Assembly (NCBI GenBank): GCA_029210725.1
Contig: JARGFM010000009.1
Location: forward strand, 39,253 to 103,252
Reading direction: 5' to 3'
Length of the DNA: 64,000 nt
Source of the DNA: Bacteroidales bacterium
Lineage (GTDB): Bacteria > Bacteroidota > Bacteroidia > Bacteroidales > GCA-2748055
This document shows, in pieces, positions 39,015 to 47,649 of the stretch. How positions within the stretch are numbered: position 1 is the stretch's first letter; every line of letters starts with the position of its first letter. Under the pieces are notes generated by a model. It ran no database searches and was not told the origin of the DNA. It was given only the letters and a program-made list of their open reading frames with translations. Both the position numbers and the translations under genes were made by a program.

Positions 39015-40682
39015 CTATAGGGCATATTTAAATCCCACCATTAGCCCGAAACGATAGGCCGGATATTGATGGTAGAGATAGTAGGGCTGGGCTGCCAGAT
39101 TGTTCAGGCGGGTCCAGAAAGAAAGCAGCTTGCTGTACCGGTACTCCAGGCCCAGATTGGCATCCACAGCCAGAGGAAGAGTTTGTTGGAGGAGGGGATC
39201 ATAATCTTCGTAATACCTGGAACCAATGGTATAAATCCCGGCATTGACGATGATTTTATCCCTCATGTTATATCTCGCCTGGAAAGAGATATCAAACTGC
39301 GGCTTGTTCCAGGGATGCTCCTCCCTCACCATGGTTATATAGCTGTAATAGTTCCCCTTCAGGAAAAACTTCCAGGAATCGCCGGGCCGGAAGGTAAGCT
39401 CCCCGTGCAGTTTGCCCAGGGTCACATCGTCATAAACCACGATAAACTGGTTCATCAGCGGATCGCTGAGGTCGTTCACATAAAAATAAGCATCCTCAAT
39501 AATGGAATAACTGGCCTTCAGGTTGTAGGCCACAGCCTTTGAAAAACGACCTTTCAGTCCGAAATATCCAATTAGCTTATGATTGACAGGCCGGACCCCC
39601 AGGGAGGGTTCAATGTATGGATTCTCCTCCACGATCTGCCGGTAGGAGTTGGATTCCAGATAGCCATCCACTCCGAAATAGGGGACAATCACCTCCTTGA
39701 CCATATGGAAGCGGAAAGAGGCCCTTGGGTAAAGGTGCGGGGTGAACTGCTCCCTGTTCACCTCCCCGTAGACATTGATCCCGGCCGTGAAACGCCACTG
39801 AGCCGTTCCTTTGGCAATGGAGGGGTTCAGCCAGAATAAGGTTTGAGAGCCCACCGTAGTGTCCCAGTCGGGATAGTGACCCAGAAATTCCCCACCCAGT
39901 TCAGCAGCCATATCGACCACTCTGAGTTTCTTGTCAAAATCAAAGGTGAGCCTGGCCCCATGTTCCACCTGGTTAAACTCATGGGTGAAATAGGCATACT
40001 CCAATGCGGTTTTATAGTTCAGATGAAAGGAGTCTGCATGCATGGAATGAAGTCCGATAGCCGCCCCGGCTGTGAAATAGGGGTGCAGGGTTTGCTCCCG
40101 GGTCAGCAAGGTATCCAGAACCGGATCGACTCCATAGTGCACATAAGACTTGTAGCTGGCTCCAACACTATAATCAAATACCGAATTTTTCATAAAACGA
40201 CTGCCGTACAATTCGATTTCATTATCGTTAAAACCGGCCGGAACCCTCTGGTCGTTTTCCAGTTTGAGCTTCCCGTTCATGGAGTGGTGTTTCAGGTAAA
40301 GTCCTAAAGTACCGTTCCGGGATCTCAGCTGGTTGATGTTCAGTTCGGCAAGTGGAGTCAGGTAATTTCCGAAACCCATGGTCAACTGGCTCTTGTAAAG
40401 CCTCTCCAGCGGCATTTTCACCATCCTGGCTGCAACGATTGGTTCTACCCTGAACTGACTCTCATAGCGTTTGGGATGAAGCTGGTAGTTGATTACCGGG
40501 ATTTCAAATTCGATTTCCTCCTCCATACCCGGAAGCAACTCGATCTTTTTGGCACCCGACAGAGTGGGCGAATAGGGCTTTACCACCCTTACCTCCTGCT
40601 GCTGTCCGATTAAAGCCAGAGGCAGCAGCAGCAATAAGATAGCTGTCAGTAATCTTTGGGAGTATATCCTGAACTGTTTCAT
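39015..40682 (-). CDS. Predicted outer-membrane beta-barrel protein (conserved hypothetical, porin-like)
   Basis: 555 aa with a signal peptide (LLLLLPLALIGQQ). It shows alternating-hydrophobicity strands and many aromatic girdle residues, and ends in an aromatic-rich ...FGLMVGFKYAL typical of a barrel terminal strand. Confidence 0.5.
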   Translation of the reverse strand: MKQFRIYSQRLLTAILLLLLPLALIGQQQEVRVVKPYSPTLSGAKKIELLPGMEEEIEFEIPVINYQLHPKRYESQFRVEPIVAARMVKMPLERLYKSQLTMGFGNYLTPLAELNINQLRSRNGTLGLYLKHHSMNGKLKLENDQRVPAGFNDNEIELYGSRFMKNSVFDYSVGASYKSYVHYGVDPVLDTLLTREQTLHPYFTAGAAIGLHSMHADSFHLNYKTALEYAYFTHEFNQVEHGARLTFDFDKKLRVVDMAAELGGEFLGHYPDWDTTVGSQTLFWLNPSIAKGTAQWRFTAGINVYGEVNREQFTPHLYPRASFRFHMVKEVIVPYFGVDGYLESNSYRQIVEENPYIEPSLGVRPVNHKLIGYFGLKGRFSKAVAYNLKASYSIIEDAYFYVNDLSDPLMNQFIVVYDDVTLGKLHGELTFRPGDSWKFFLKGNYYSYITMVREEHPWNKPQFDISFQARYNMRDKIIVNAGIYTIGSRYYEDYDPLLQQTLPLAVDANLGLEYRYSKLLSFWTRLNNLAAQPYYLYHQYPAYRFGLMVGFKYAL

Positions 40683-40697
40683 TTCCGTGCTTTCATT

Positions 40698-43600
40698 TTA
40701 ATTGGGTTCGGGAGCAATATCACTTTCCGCCTGTTCTGTAAGCGCTGCCTTTCGCTGTTTGGCATTGGCAATGATGCCATCATCTGTCACCGTATAATAA
40801 TCGATCAGGCTCTGAAGGGAGTTAATGGCCGAAAACTCATCGCCTTTCTCAATGTAGATATCCGAGAGTGTCAGGAAGGCCATTCCCATCCAGTACTGGT
40901 GAGGGGTATTCATTTCAATAAACTCATAAGCCATCTCTTCGGCACGGTCCATCTCACCTTTGCCAAAAAGGATCTCGATCATCAGATACTTTGACTCGGC
41001 ACCCTCTTTACTGTTTACCTCATGAGCCACCTTCCCGTAGAAATCATAGGCAAAATCAACTTCGTTCAAGTAGTGAAAGGATTTGGCAATCTTAAAATTG
41101 GCTTCCCTGATATACTCCTCCTGAACCTTGTCCAGCTGAAGTACCTGGCGGGCTGCTTCAATGGTATTGCTATACTCCTGCAACTCAAAATAACAGCGCA
41201 TCAGTCCCACCTGGGCATCGAAAATATTCTGTTTCTGCTCGGCCGTTTCCAGCAGTGCCCTGTAATAGTCAGCCGCCCTGTTATAATCCTTTTCCCGGAA
41301 ACTGATTTTGGAAGCAGCTTCAAGCGCCGGAACCGTGAACATATTCCGGGCCTGCCCGATGATGTAATCGAGCGATTCCAGTGCTTCGTCATTTTGCTGC
41401 AGTTTAAGCTGGCAGTCGGCTTTGTAGTAGTGTGCATTTAACAGGAACCTGCCCCGGGGAAAGGCGTCCAGGTAATCGGTAAAGGCCCGGACCGTCCCCT
41501 CACAGTCGTCACGCATATACACCATCTCGGCGGCAGTATAGGAAAGCGAATCCTGTTCACTTAAGGTAATATCCCGGCCCAGTCCGTTTACAAAAGCCAG
41601 GTACCCGTCGACATTATCGTTTCGTACATAGATGTTTTTAATGCTGGTCAGGGCATTCTCTGCTTCAGCAGTGCCCGGGTAGTTGGTGGCCACCTGCTCA
41701 TAATAGCCGAGTGCTTCACTGTACTCCCCGGCATTGTAATGAATCAGGCCCAGCTGGTTCAGGGCATTGTTGGTGTAGCTGGAGTTTGAGTGCTCATTCA
41801 CCAGGCGCTCGTAATAACTCCGGGCCTGCTGTGGCAGGTTCAGAACTACATAGCTCCTTCCTATTTCGAACAGGGCATCATCCACAAAAGCAGATTTAGG
41901 CTGCTCTGCAATGATCTGGTTCAGTACATTGATCTTCTCCCGGGTCCGGTCGAGCAGTCCAAGGGTAAAGCCTTTCTGGAACATGGCATAATCCACATCA
42001 GCCAGCCCGGACGCTATCCCCCTGTCATAATACTCAATAGCCTGCGGGTATTGCTTCTGTACATAATAGCAATCGGCCATCCGGTTAGAGGCATCTGAAA
42101 CGCTGGCCCTGTTCTCCCCTCCGGACAAGCGAAGGAATTTCCCAAACCAGCTGAGCGATTCAGCATAGGATTTTTCATCGAAATGAAGATAACCCAGGCT
42201 ATAGTGACAAAGCGAATACTCCTTTTGCTGATCAGCGCGCCCGTCTTTCAGAAATTCATCATAATACATCCGGGCGGTAAGCCTATCGCCGGTCCGGTAA
42301 GCTGCTTCCCCCAGCCAGAAATAGGTCCGGGCGGCAATCACGGGATCATAAGCCGCATATTGCAGGGAAACCTCCAGGGCATCCACTGCTTCAGTGAACC
42401 TCAGATTCTTATAGAGTTCAAGTCCGCGGTAAAATGCCACCTTCTGATAGGCCCGTTCGATATTTGCATCCTTACGGCGGATCTTCTCCAGAGAGTTCAT
42501 GGCCATGGAGTAATTCCTGGTGGCCAGGTAGGCGGTCACCAGATAGTTATTGGCCTCATCGGTATTCTCTGCGGCCGGATAGGTCCGAATATAAAGCTCC
42601 AGGGCCCGGATTGCTTCATTGAAGGGATTGTAGGAAAGTTCAAAAGTGACCTTGGCAAAATTAAACAGGGCGTCCTGCTGTATGTTCGGGTCAAAATTCA
42701 TATTGGCTGCTTTGGAAAAAGCGATCCGGGCCTTATTCTTATCACCCGTCTTCAGATAACAGTCGCCCAGGTGATACAGCGCACTCTGGGCAATCTCCGT
42801 ATTGCGGTAAGAAATCTCTTCAAAAAGGGACAGCGCATTCTCATATTCCTGATTGTTGTAATAGGCGAAGGCCAGCTGGTAACGGTCGTGAATGCTGTAA
42901 GATGTCGAATTGGACCGGTAGGTCTCCAGATAAGGGATGGCCGACTGGTAGTCATTCAGCATAAAGTGCGATTCCCCGATGATCTTGGCCACCTCACCCA
43001 GTCTTCGCTCTGAAACCGAATCCATGAACGGAGGAGCGTAATCAATAAGCTCTTCATATTTCTTCTGCATAAAAAGGATCTGCGAGATATAATAGGGAGC
43101 GATGGCACTAAACAGCGGATCTTCGTCAATATCCCTGAATCCCTTCAGTGCAGTTTCATAGTTTCCATCCACATAGTGTATATGGGAATAGTAATAGGTG
43201 GCCGGTCCCGTAAAAGGGCTGTCCCAGTCCAGGATCTCATAGAAGTTGACTCTTGCATTCTCAAAATCGTTTCTTTTATAGTAACTATAGCCCTTCTTGA
43301 AGTAGTATTCCGGTAATTTCTCCTTTCCAATCCGGTAGCGGTCCACCCGGTTATACCAGGAAATACTCCTGGCCCAGTTGTTCTTGTCATAAAAGAAATC
43401 GGCCAGGCGAAAGGCGGCTTCATCCACATAAGGACTGCCCGGAAATTCAGACACAAAGGAATGAACCAGGAACTCTGCGTCATCATTTCTCAGTTCCACA
43501 GCCGACATGGCCAGGTAAAAGGAAGCTTCGGCCCGTATTTCGGACCTGGAGCCGGGATTCTCCTTCAGAAATTTTCCAAACACTCTGCGGGCCGCACCAT

Positions 43601-43739
43601 ATTTTTGATTCTCATACAACTCCAGCCCCTCCATGTATTCCTGGTCACCATAGTCATACACGGCACTTTTCTGAGCATAGACCAGGACTGTTGCCAGCAG
43701 GAATATGATGGATATGCTTCTCTTTTTCGAATGGATCAT
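40698..43739 (-). CDS. Large tetratricopeptide-repeat (TPR) protein, exported
   Basis: 1013 aa with a signal peptide (LLATVLVYAQ). TPR-like helical pairs rich in Y/A/L recur along the whole length (for example YEEALSLFE and YxxAxxYY patterns). Confidence 0.8.
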   Translation of the reverse strand: MIHSKKRSISIIFLLATVLVYAQKSAVYDYGDQEYMEGLELYENQKYGAARRVFGKFLKENPGSRSEIRAEASFYLAMSAVELRNDDAEFLVHSFVSEFPGSPYVDEAAFRLADFFYDKNNWARSISWYNRVDRYRIGKEKLPEYYFKKGYSYYKRNDFENARVNFYEILDWDSPFTGPATYYYSHIHYVDGNYETALKGFRDIDEDPLFSAIAPYYISQILFMQKKYEELIDYAPPFMDSVSERRLGEVAKIIGESHFMLNDYQSAIPYLETYRSNSTSYSIHDRYQLAFAYYNNQEYENALSLFEEISYRNTEIAQSALYHLGDCYLKTGDKNKARIAFSKAANMNFDPNIQQDALFNFAKVTFELSYNPFNEAIRALELYIRTYPAAENTDEANNYLVTAYLATRNYSMAMNSLEKIRRKDANIERAYQKVAFYRGLELYKNLRFTEAVDALEVSLQYAAYDPVIAARTYFWLGEAAYRTGDRLTARMYYDEFLKDGRADQQKEYSLCHYSLGYLHFDEKSYAESLSWFGKFLRLSGGENRASVSDASNRMADCYYVQKQYPQAIEYYDRGIASGLADVDYAMFQKGFTLGLLDRTREKINVLNQIIAEQPKSAFVDDALFEIGRSYVVLNLPQQARSYYERLVNEHSNSSYTNNALNQLGLIHYNAGEYSEALGYYEQVATNYPGTAEAENALTSIKNIYVRNDNVDGYLAFVNGLGRDITLSEQDSLSYTAAEMVYMRDDCEGTVRAFTDYLDAFPRGRFLLNAHYYKADCQLKLQQNDEALESLDYIIGQARNMFTVPALEAASKISFREKDYNRAADYYRALLETAEQKQNIFDAQVGLMRCYFELQEYSNTIEAARQVLQLDKVQEEYIREANFKIAKSFHYLNEVDFAYDFYGKVAHEVNSKEGAESKYLMIEILFGKGEMDRAEEMAYEFIEMNTPHQYWMGMAFLTLSDIYIEKGDEFSAINSLQSLIDYYTVTDDGIIANAKQRKAALTEQAESDIAPEPN

Positions 43740-43873
43740 AAGGATGAGATTAACTAGATAAAAGTACGAATATTAAAGCCTGCTCATTTGGCGCCTCTTC
43801 TTTTTAATTAACAGTCAGATGTTAATTTTTAGTATGATTTTAATTCTTAATTTAGCCATATAATTCAGATACT

Positions 43874-44587
43874 ATGGCGCTGGACAATGTCATCTCCTTT
43901 GAAAATGCGGTTATTGCAGTCAACGAACATATGGTTCTGGAGCAGGTAAATCTTTCTGTTGAAAAGGGTGAATTCGTCTATGTGATCGGCAGGGTCGGAA
44001 GCGGAAAGACCAGTCTGATCAAGACCATCAACGCCGAGTTACCCCTGAAAGAGGGTACCGGAACGGTATCCGGATTCAGCCTGGCGGACCTGAAACGTAA
44101 AGAGATTCCCATGCTCCGGAGAAAGCTCGGAATTGTCTTCCAGGACTTCAAGCTCCTGAACGACCGGAATGTGGACAGCAATCTGGAGTTTGCACTGAAA
44201 GCCACAGGCTGGAAAAACAAAGCAGAAATAAACGACCGCATTGCGGAGGTCCTGGAAAAAGTGGATCTGGGTTATAAAGGCTACAAAATGCCACATCAGC
44301 TTTCCGGGGGTGAACAGCAGCGTGTGGTCATTGCAAGGGCACTGTTGAACGATCCGGAAATTATCCTGGCCGATGAGCCTACCGGCAACCTGGATCCGGC
44401 CACCTCCGATGATATCATGAATATCCTGGCAGAGATCTCGGGAAACGGCAGGGCTGTGGTCATGGCGACCCATAACTACAACCTGATCAAACGCTTTCCT
44501 TCAAGAACCCTGAGATGTGAGGATGGACGGCTGTTAAGCGCCAATCTTTCAGAAGCAGATTTTGACAGGCTGATCCAGAATGTCTAA
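43874..44587 (+). CDS. ftsE: FtsE-like ABC transporter ATP-binding protein
   Basis: 237 aa. Walker A is GRVGSGKTS. IPMLRRKLGIVFQDFKLLNDRNV, LSGGEQQRVVIARALLNDPEIILADEPTGNLD and ATH are present. The pattern fits FtsE better than generic ABC ATPases. No ftsX is adjacent. Confidence 0.7.
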   Translation: MALDNVISFENAVIAVNEHMVLEQVNLSVEKGEFVYVIGRVGSGKTSLIKTINAELPLKEGTGTVSGFSLADLKRKEIPMLRRKLGIVFQDFKLLNDRNVDSNLEFALKATGWKNKAEINDRIAEVLEKVDLGYKGYKMPHQLSGGEQQRVVIARALLNDPEIILADEPTGNLDPATSDDIMNILAEISGNGRAVVMATHNYNLIKRFPSRTLRCEDGRLLSANLSEADFDRLIQNV

Positions 44588-44596
44588 AAGCCTGGT

Positions 44597-45685
44597 ATGG
44601 ATCTGAGAATCTATACACTGGAGGAGCTTAAGCCTTATCTTTACACCCTCTATTCTAATCCGGAATCCCTCGTACCTGTCAGTCCGCTCCGTCTGGAGTC
44701 TTACCTCAGGAATCCCAGGGCGGATTTTTCCGACCCTGTTCTGTTTGAAATGCGTCAGCGGGGCGAAGTCGTGGCATACCGCACTCTTTTGCCGGATTAT
44801 TTATATGATCGTGAGGGTCAGTCTCAGCGATTCGCCTGGCTGAGCGGGAACTGGGTGCATCCCGGTTTCAGGCGCCGCGGGATCTCCACCCGGCTGCTAG
44901 AAACAGCCGAGGAGCAGTGGCAGGGGCGGCTGATGTATACCAACTTTGCACCGGAATCCAGGGCCGTCTATGACCGCAGCGGCCGCTTCGGTCTTATCTC
45001 AATAAGAGATGGCTTTCGATTCCACCTGAGATCGGCCACCGAAGATTTACTGGCGCCACGTATGGGATACGAAAAGTTGTTCAGAACCACCGATCTGCTG
45101 ATAAACCGGTTTCGGGAATTTGGCCTGCAGAGATTCAGGTTCCCCGGCACGAATACCTGCCAGGTGAAGCAGGTCAATGGCTTTATTGCCCAGTTATCGG
45201 AGCTGGTAAGCAAACAGCAGCGTGATACTTTGTTCCGGAGGGACCGGGAAATTTTTCAGTGGGCCCTGGAATATCCATGGCTTACAGAGCAGGGCTGCGA
45301 TCCCATCAACTATCACTTTTCCTACCGGGCCAGCCGTTTCGAAAACATCATTTATCACCTGATTCACTCCGATGGGAAAAGTCATGGAATCATCTGGCTC
45401 CTGATCCACAATAATGCACTGTCTGTCCCCTATCTGTTCGCCACAGAGAAAGGGCTGCAAAACTGCATGGCCGAAGTCATTGTCAGGACCATGATTGACA
45501 AGGGGTGCACCCACAGCACTATCCGCAATGCAGAGTTAAGAGAAAAGATGCTGGCATTTAAAAAGATCTTTCTCTCTGTAAGAAAGATGCCCCAGCTGAT
45601 CTTTGCCCATCATAAGCTGACCGGCCTGATCCCTGAAAATCCAGTAATTCATGATGGAGACGGGGATGTGATGTTCACCGGCTGA
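44597..45685 (+). CDS. GNAT-family acyl/acetyltransferase-like protein
   Basis: 362 aa. The segment WLSGNWVHPGFRRRGISTRLLETAEEQW resembles GNAT motif A (R-x-x-G-x-S/A). The remainder was not recognised. Confidence 0.5.
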   Translation: MDLRIYTLEELKPYLYTLYSNPESLVPVSPLRLESYLRNPRADFSDPVLFEMRQRGEVVAYRTLLPDYLYDREGQSQRFAWLSGNWVHPGFRRRGISTRLLETAEEQWQGRLMYTNFAPESRAVYDRSGRFGLISIRDGFRFHLRSATEDLLAPRMGYEKLFRTTDLLINRFREFGLQRFRFPGTNTCQVKQVNGFIAQLSELVSKQQRDTLFRRDREIFQWALEYPWLTEQGCDPINYHFSYRASRFENIIYHLIHSDGKSHGIIWLLIHNNALSVPYLFATEKGLQNCMAEVIVRTMIDKGCTHSTIRNAELREKMLAFKKIFLSVRKMPQLIFAHHKLTGLIPENPVIHDGDGDVMFTG

Positions 45686-46684
45686 TCAGTATCTGAGGCG
45701 GTCCAGTCCGGCCACTTTCTTGAAGAGGAATGAGAGATATTCTGTTTTCAGGGCTTCGAATGCATCAGCTTCAAATTGTTCCATGGGAATGCGCTGGATA
45801 AAGGCCGGATGACCGGTCCGCTTCAATCCGGCACTACCCATCAAGGTCGTGGCCAGCCCCTCTTCCAGAAGCGATTCAATCACCTGTTTCGGAACGCCGT
45901 CGCTGGTAAAGGGAAAGGAGAAATAGGAGGTGGATATCCCAAAGCGCTGTTGCAGGTCCCTTATGCTGGTAAGGACCTGCCGGATCATCTCATCTGCTTC
46001 CAACAGGGTAAAATCCATATGATCGGCCGAATGAGCTCCTATATCGAAGCCCCACCGAAGCAGCTCCCTGATCTCTTCACTGTCCATATAGACTGCTCTG
46101 GAGCGCAGGTAGGCAGAGAAATCCAGTTCCGCCTCCCTGGCAAGAGCATCGAGCAATGCCCGCTGATCGAAGGCGATCATTCGAATAGAGGTTTCAAGCT
46201 GCTCCTCCGGGATCTTCAGAAAAGCGGCCATCTGCTCCCTTGCACGGCAATCCTCTTTTGAACGATGCAGCAGGAGGCTCGCTTTGTACCGGTAAAAGAG
46301 GGCCCTGTTATCAATGAACCTGTTATTCAGAAAAAACAGGGCGGGTATCCCTCTCTTCTTCAAAAGGGGGGCTATATACTGATAACATCCCGAAAGGCCA
46401 TCGTCAAAGGAAAGGACCATGCGGCGCCTGCCTCTCGTATCTTTTCTGTTTTCCAGGCAGGAAGCCAGACTGACAGGTTCGAAGCAGCTCAGCAATTGTT
46501 CCAGATCTCTTTCAAACTCCTCCGGCTTCCTCACCCGGTACAGGTGACTGATGTGGGGCAGGGGTTCCGGGGAAACCGTATGATAGAAGGGAAAAATATC
46601 AGCCTCTCCCGAAAGCCCGATCAGACGTTCCAGTTTCCATGGACGGGCCAGGGCGGTAATTGTTTTTCGGATTCTTTCTTTCAT
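45686..46684 (-). CDS. Polysaccharide deacetylase (NodB homology domain) family protein
   Basis: 332 aa. MVLSFDDGLSGCYQYIAPLLKKRGIPALFFL (the DD metal/catalytic motif) and IGAHSADH are NodB-type motifs. Confidence 0.72.
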   Translation of the reverse strand: MKERIRKTITALARPWKLERLIGLSGEADIFPFYHTVSPEPLPHISHLYRVRKPEEFERDLEQLLSCFEPVSLASCLENRKDTRGRRRMVLSFDDGLSGCYQYIAPLLKKRGIPALFFLNNRFIDNRALFYRYKASLLLHRSKEDCRAREQMAAFLKIPEEQLETSIRMIAFDQRALLDALAREAELDFSAYLRSRAVYMDSEEIRELLRWGFDIGAHSADHMDFTLLEADEMIRQVLTSIRDLQQRFGISTSYFSFPFTSDGVPKQVIESLLEEGLATTLMGSAGLKRTGHPAFIQRIPMEQFEADAFEALKTEYLSFLFKKVAGLDRLRY

Positions 46685-46685
46685 G

Positions 46686-47594
46686 CTATCTCAGCCTGGT
46701 GAGTGTGGCGGGCAATCGGCTGAAGCTCACTCCCTGGTATATTTCAGCTTGTGCCCCAAATCCTGCGAAAAAACGCGCTACTGATGGAATATTTGAACCT
46801 TCAAAATCCAGGATCAATCCGCTTCCGGCATGATCTCTGATAAAGGCATCCACAATCCTGAACATCCCTCTCTGCTCCTTACCTTCCTGGCTGGAGGCTG
46901 AAAGCAGGTAGATGGCCCTGGTTCTGCTGAAGGCAAAAAATGCCGCAGAAGTGATCTCCCTTTCCCTGCGTACTGCATAGATCTTTCCGGCACCCCTTTG
47001 CAGGATGGTCTCGAACAGATCAAGCATCCAGCGGTAATCCTCCCGGGAGCGACGGATCACATCATTCTCCATTTTCAGCCTGACCAACTCCTCAACCGGC
47101 AGGCTTCTCTCAATAACTTCGGAAAGCTCCGTGGATTTTTTTATATTTCTGCCGGCATTGCTTGAGTACCCCCTGGCAAGAGTATCATAATCCTTAAAGA
47201 GGGTCATGATATAATTAGATTTATCATCCACCGTAAACGGAGCCTCCTCTCCGACCAGGTTTCTGGTATTCAAATTCATCCCGGCGAAGCGGAACTTTTT
47301 ATACAGGATGTGCAGCATCTTCCGGATCAGTTCAGGCTCCACATACTCCCTGCTGAAGACTCCAAGCTGCTGGGTGTAAAAAGGCTGGTATATATATTTC
47401 ATTCCCGCCTTTTTTTTCCATACGACCGGCATCACAAAGCGGTAATCCTCCGCCACCAGGGCCGACCAGTTTTCTGCAACGGCATCCAGGTACCAGGAAT
47501 ACGGATAAAGGGTCTCGGCCGTGGATCCGGCTATCAGGTGATCCCATTTCTCGACCTGAATCTCTTTTCTCTTTATAAAACTGATCTTCAACAC
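46686..47594 (-). CDS. FemAB-like / GNAT-fold (Acetyltransf_6-like) protein, function unknown
   Basis: 302 aa. The call rests on overall resemblance only (the N-terminal KWDHLI...YPYSWYLDA pattern and a C-terminal GNAT-like core with LLSASSQEGKEQRGM). This is weak evidence. Its stop is 1 nt from the deacetylase start. Confidence 0.4.
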   Translation of the reverse strand: MLKISFIKRKEIQVEKWDHLIAGSTAETLYPYSWYLDAVAENWSALVAEDYRFVMPVVWKKKAGMKYIYQPFYTQQLGVFSREYVEPELIRKMLHILYKKFRFAGMNLNTRNLVGEEAPFTVDDKSNYIMTLFKDYDTLARGYSSNAGRNIKKSTELSEVIERSLPVEELVRLKMENDVIRRSREDYRWMLDLFETILQRGAGKIYAVRREREITSAAFFAFSRTRAIYLLSASSQEGKEQRGMFRIVDAFIRDHAGSGLILDFEGSNIPSVARFFAGFGAQAEIYQGVSFSRLPATLTRLR

Positions 47595-47649
47595 CCTGGG
47601 TATTTATTTACTTCAAATGAATTGGGAACTGTATAAATTCTTACTGCCA

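Noticed and set aside
42183-43013. 276-aa plus-strand ORF, and other ORFs inside 40698..43739
   Set aside because: They are antisense to the 1013-aa TPR gene, which reads as continuous TPR repeats with a signal peptide.
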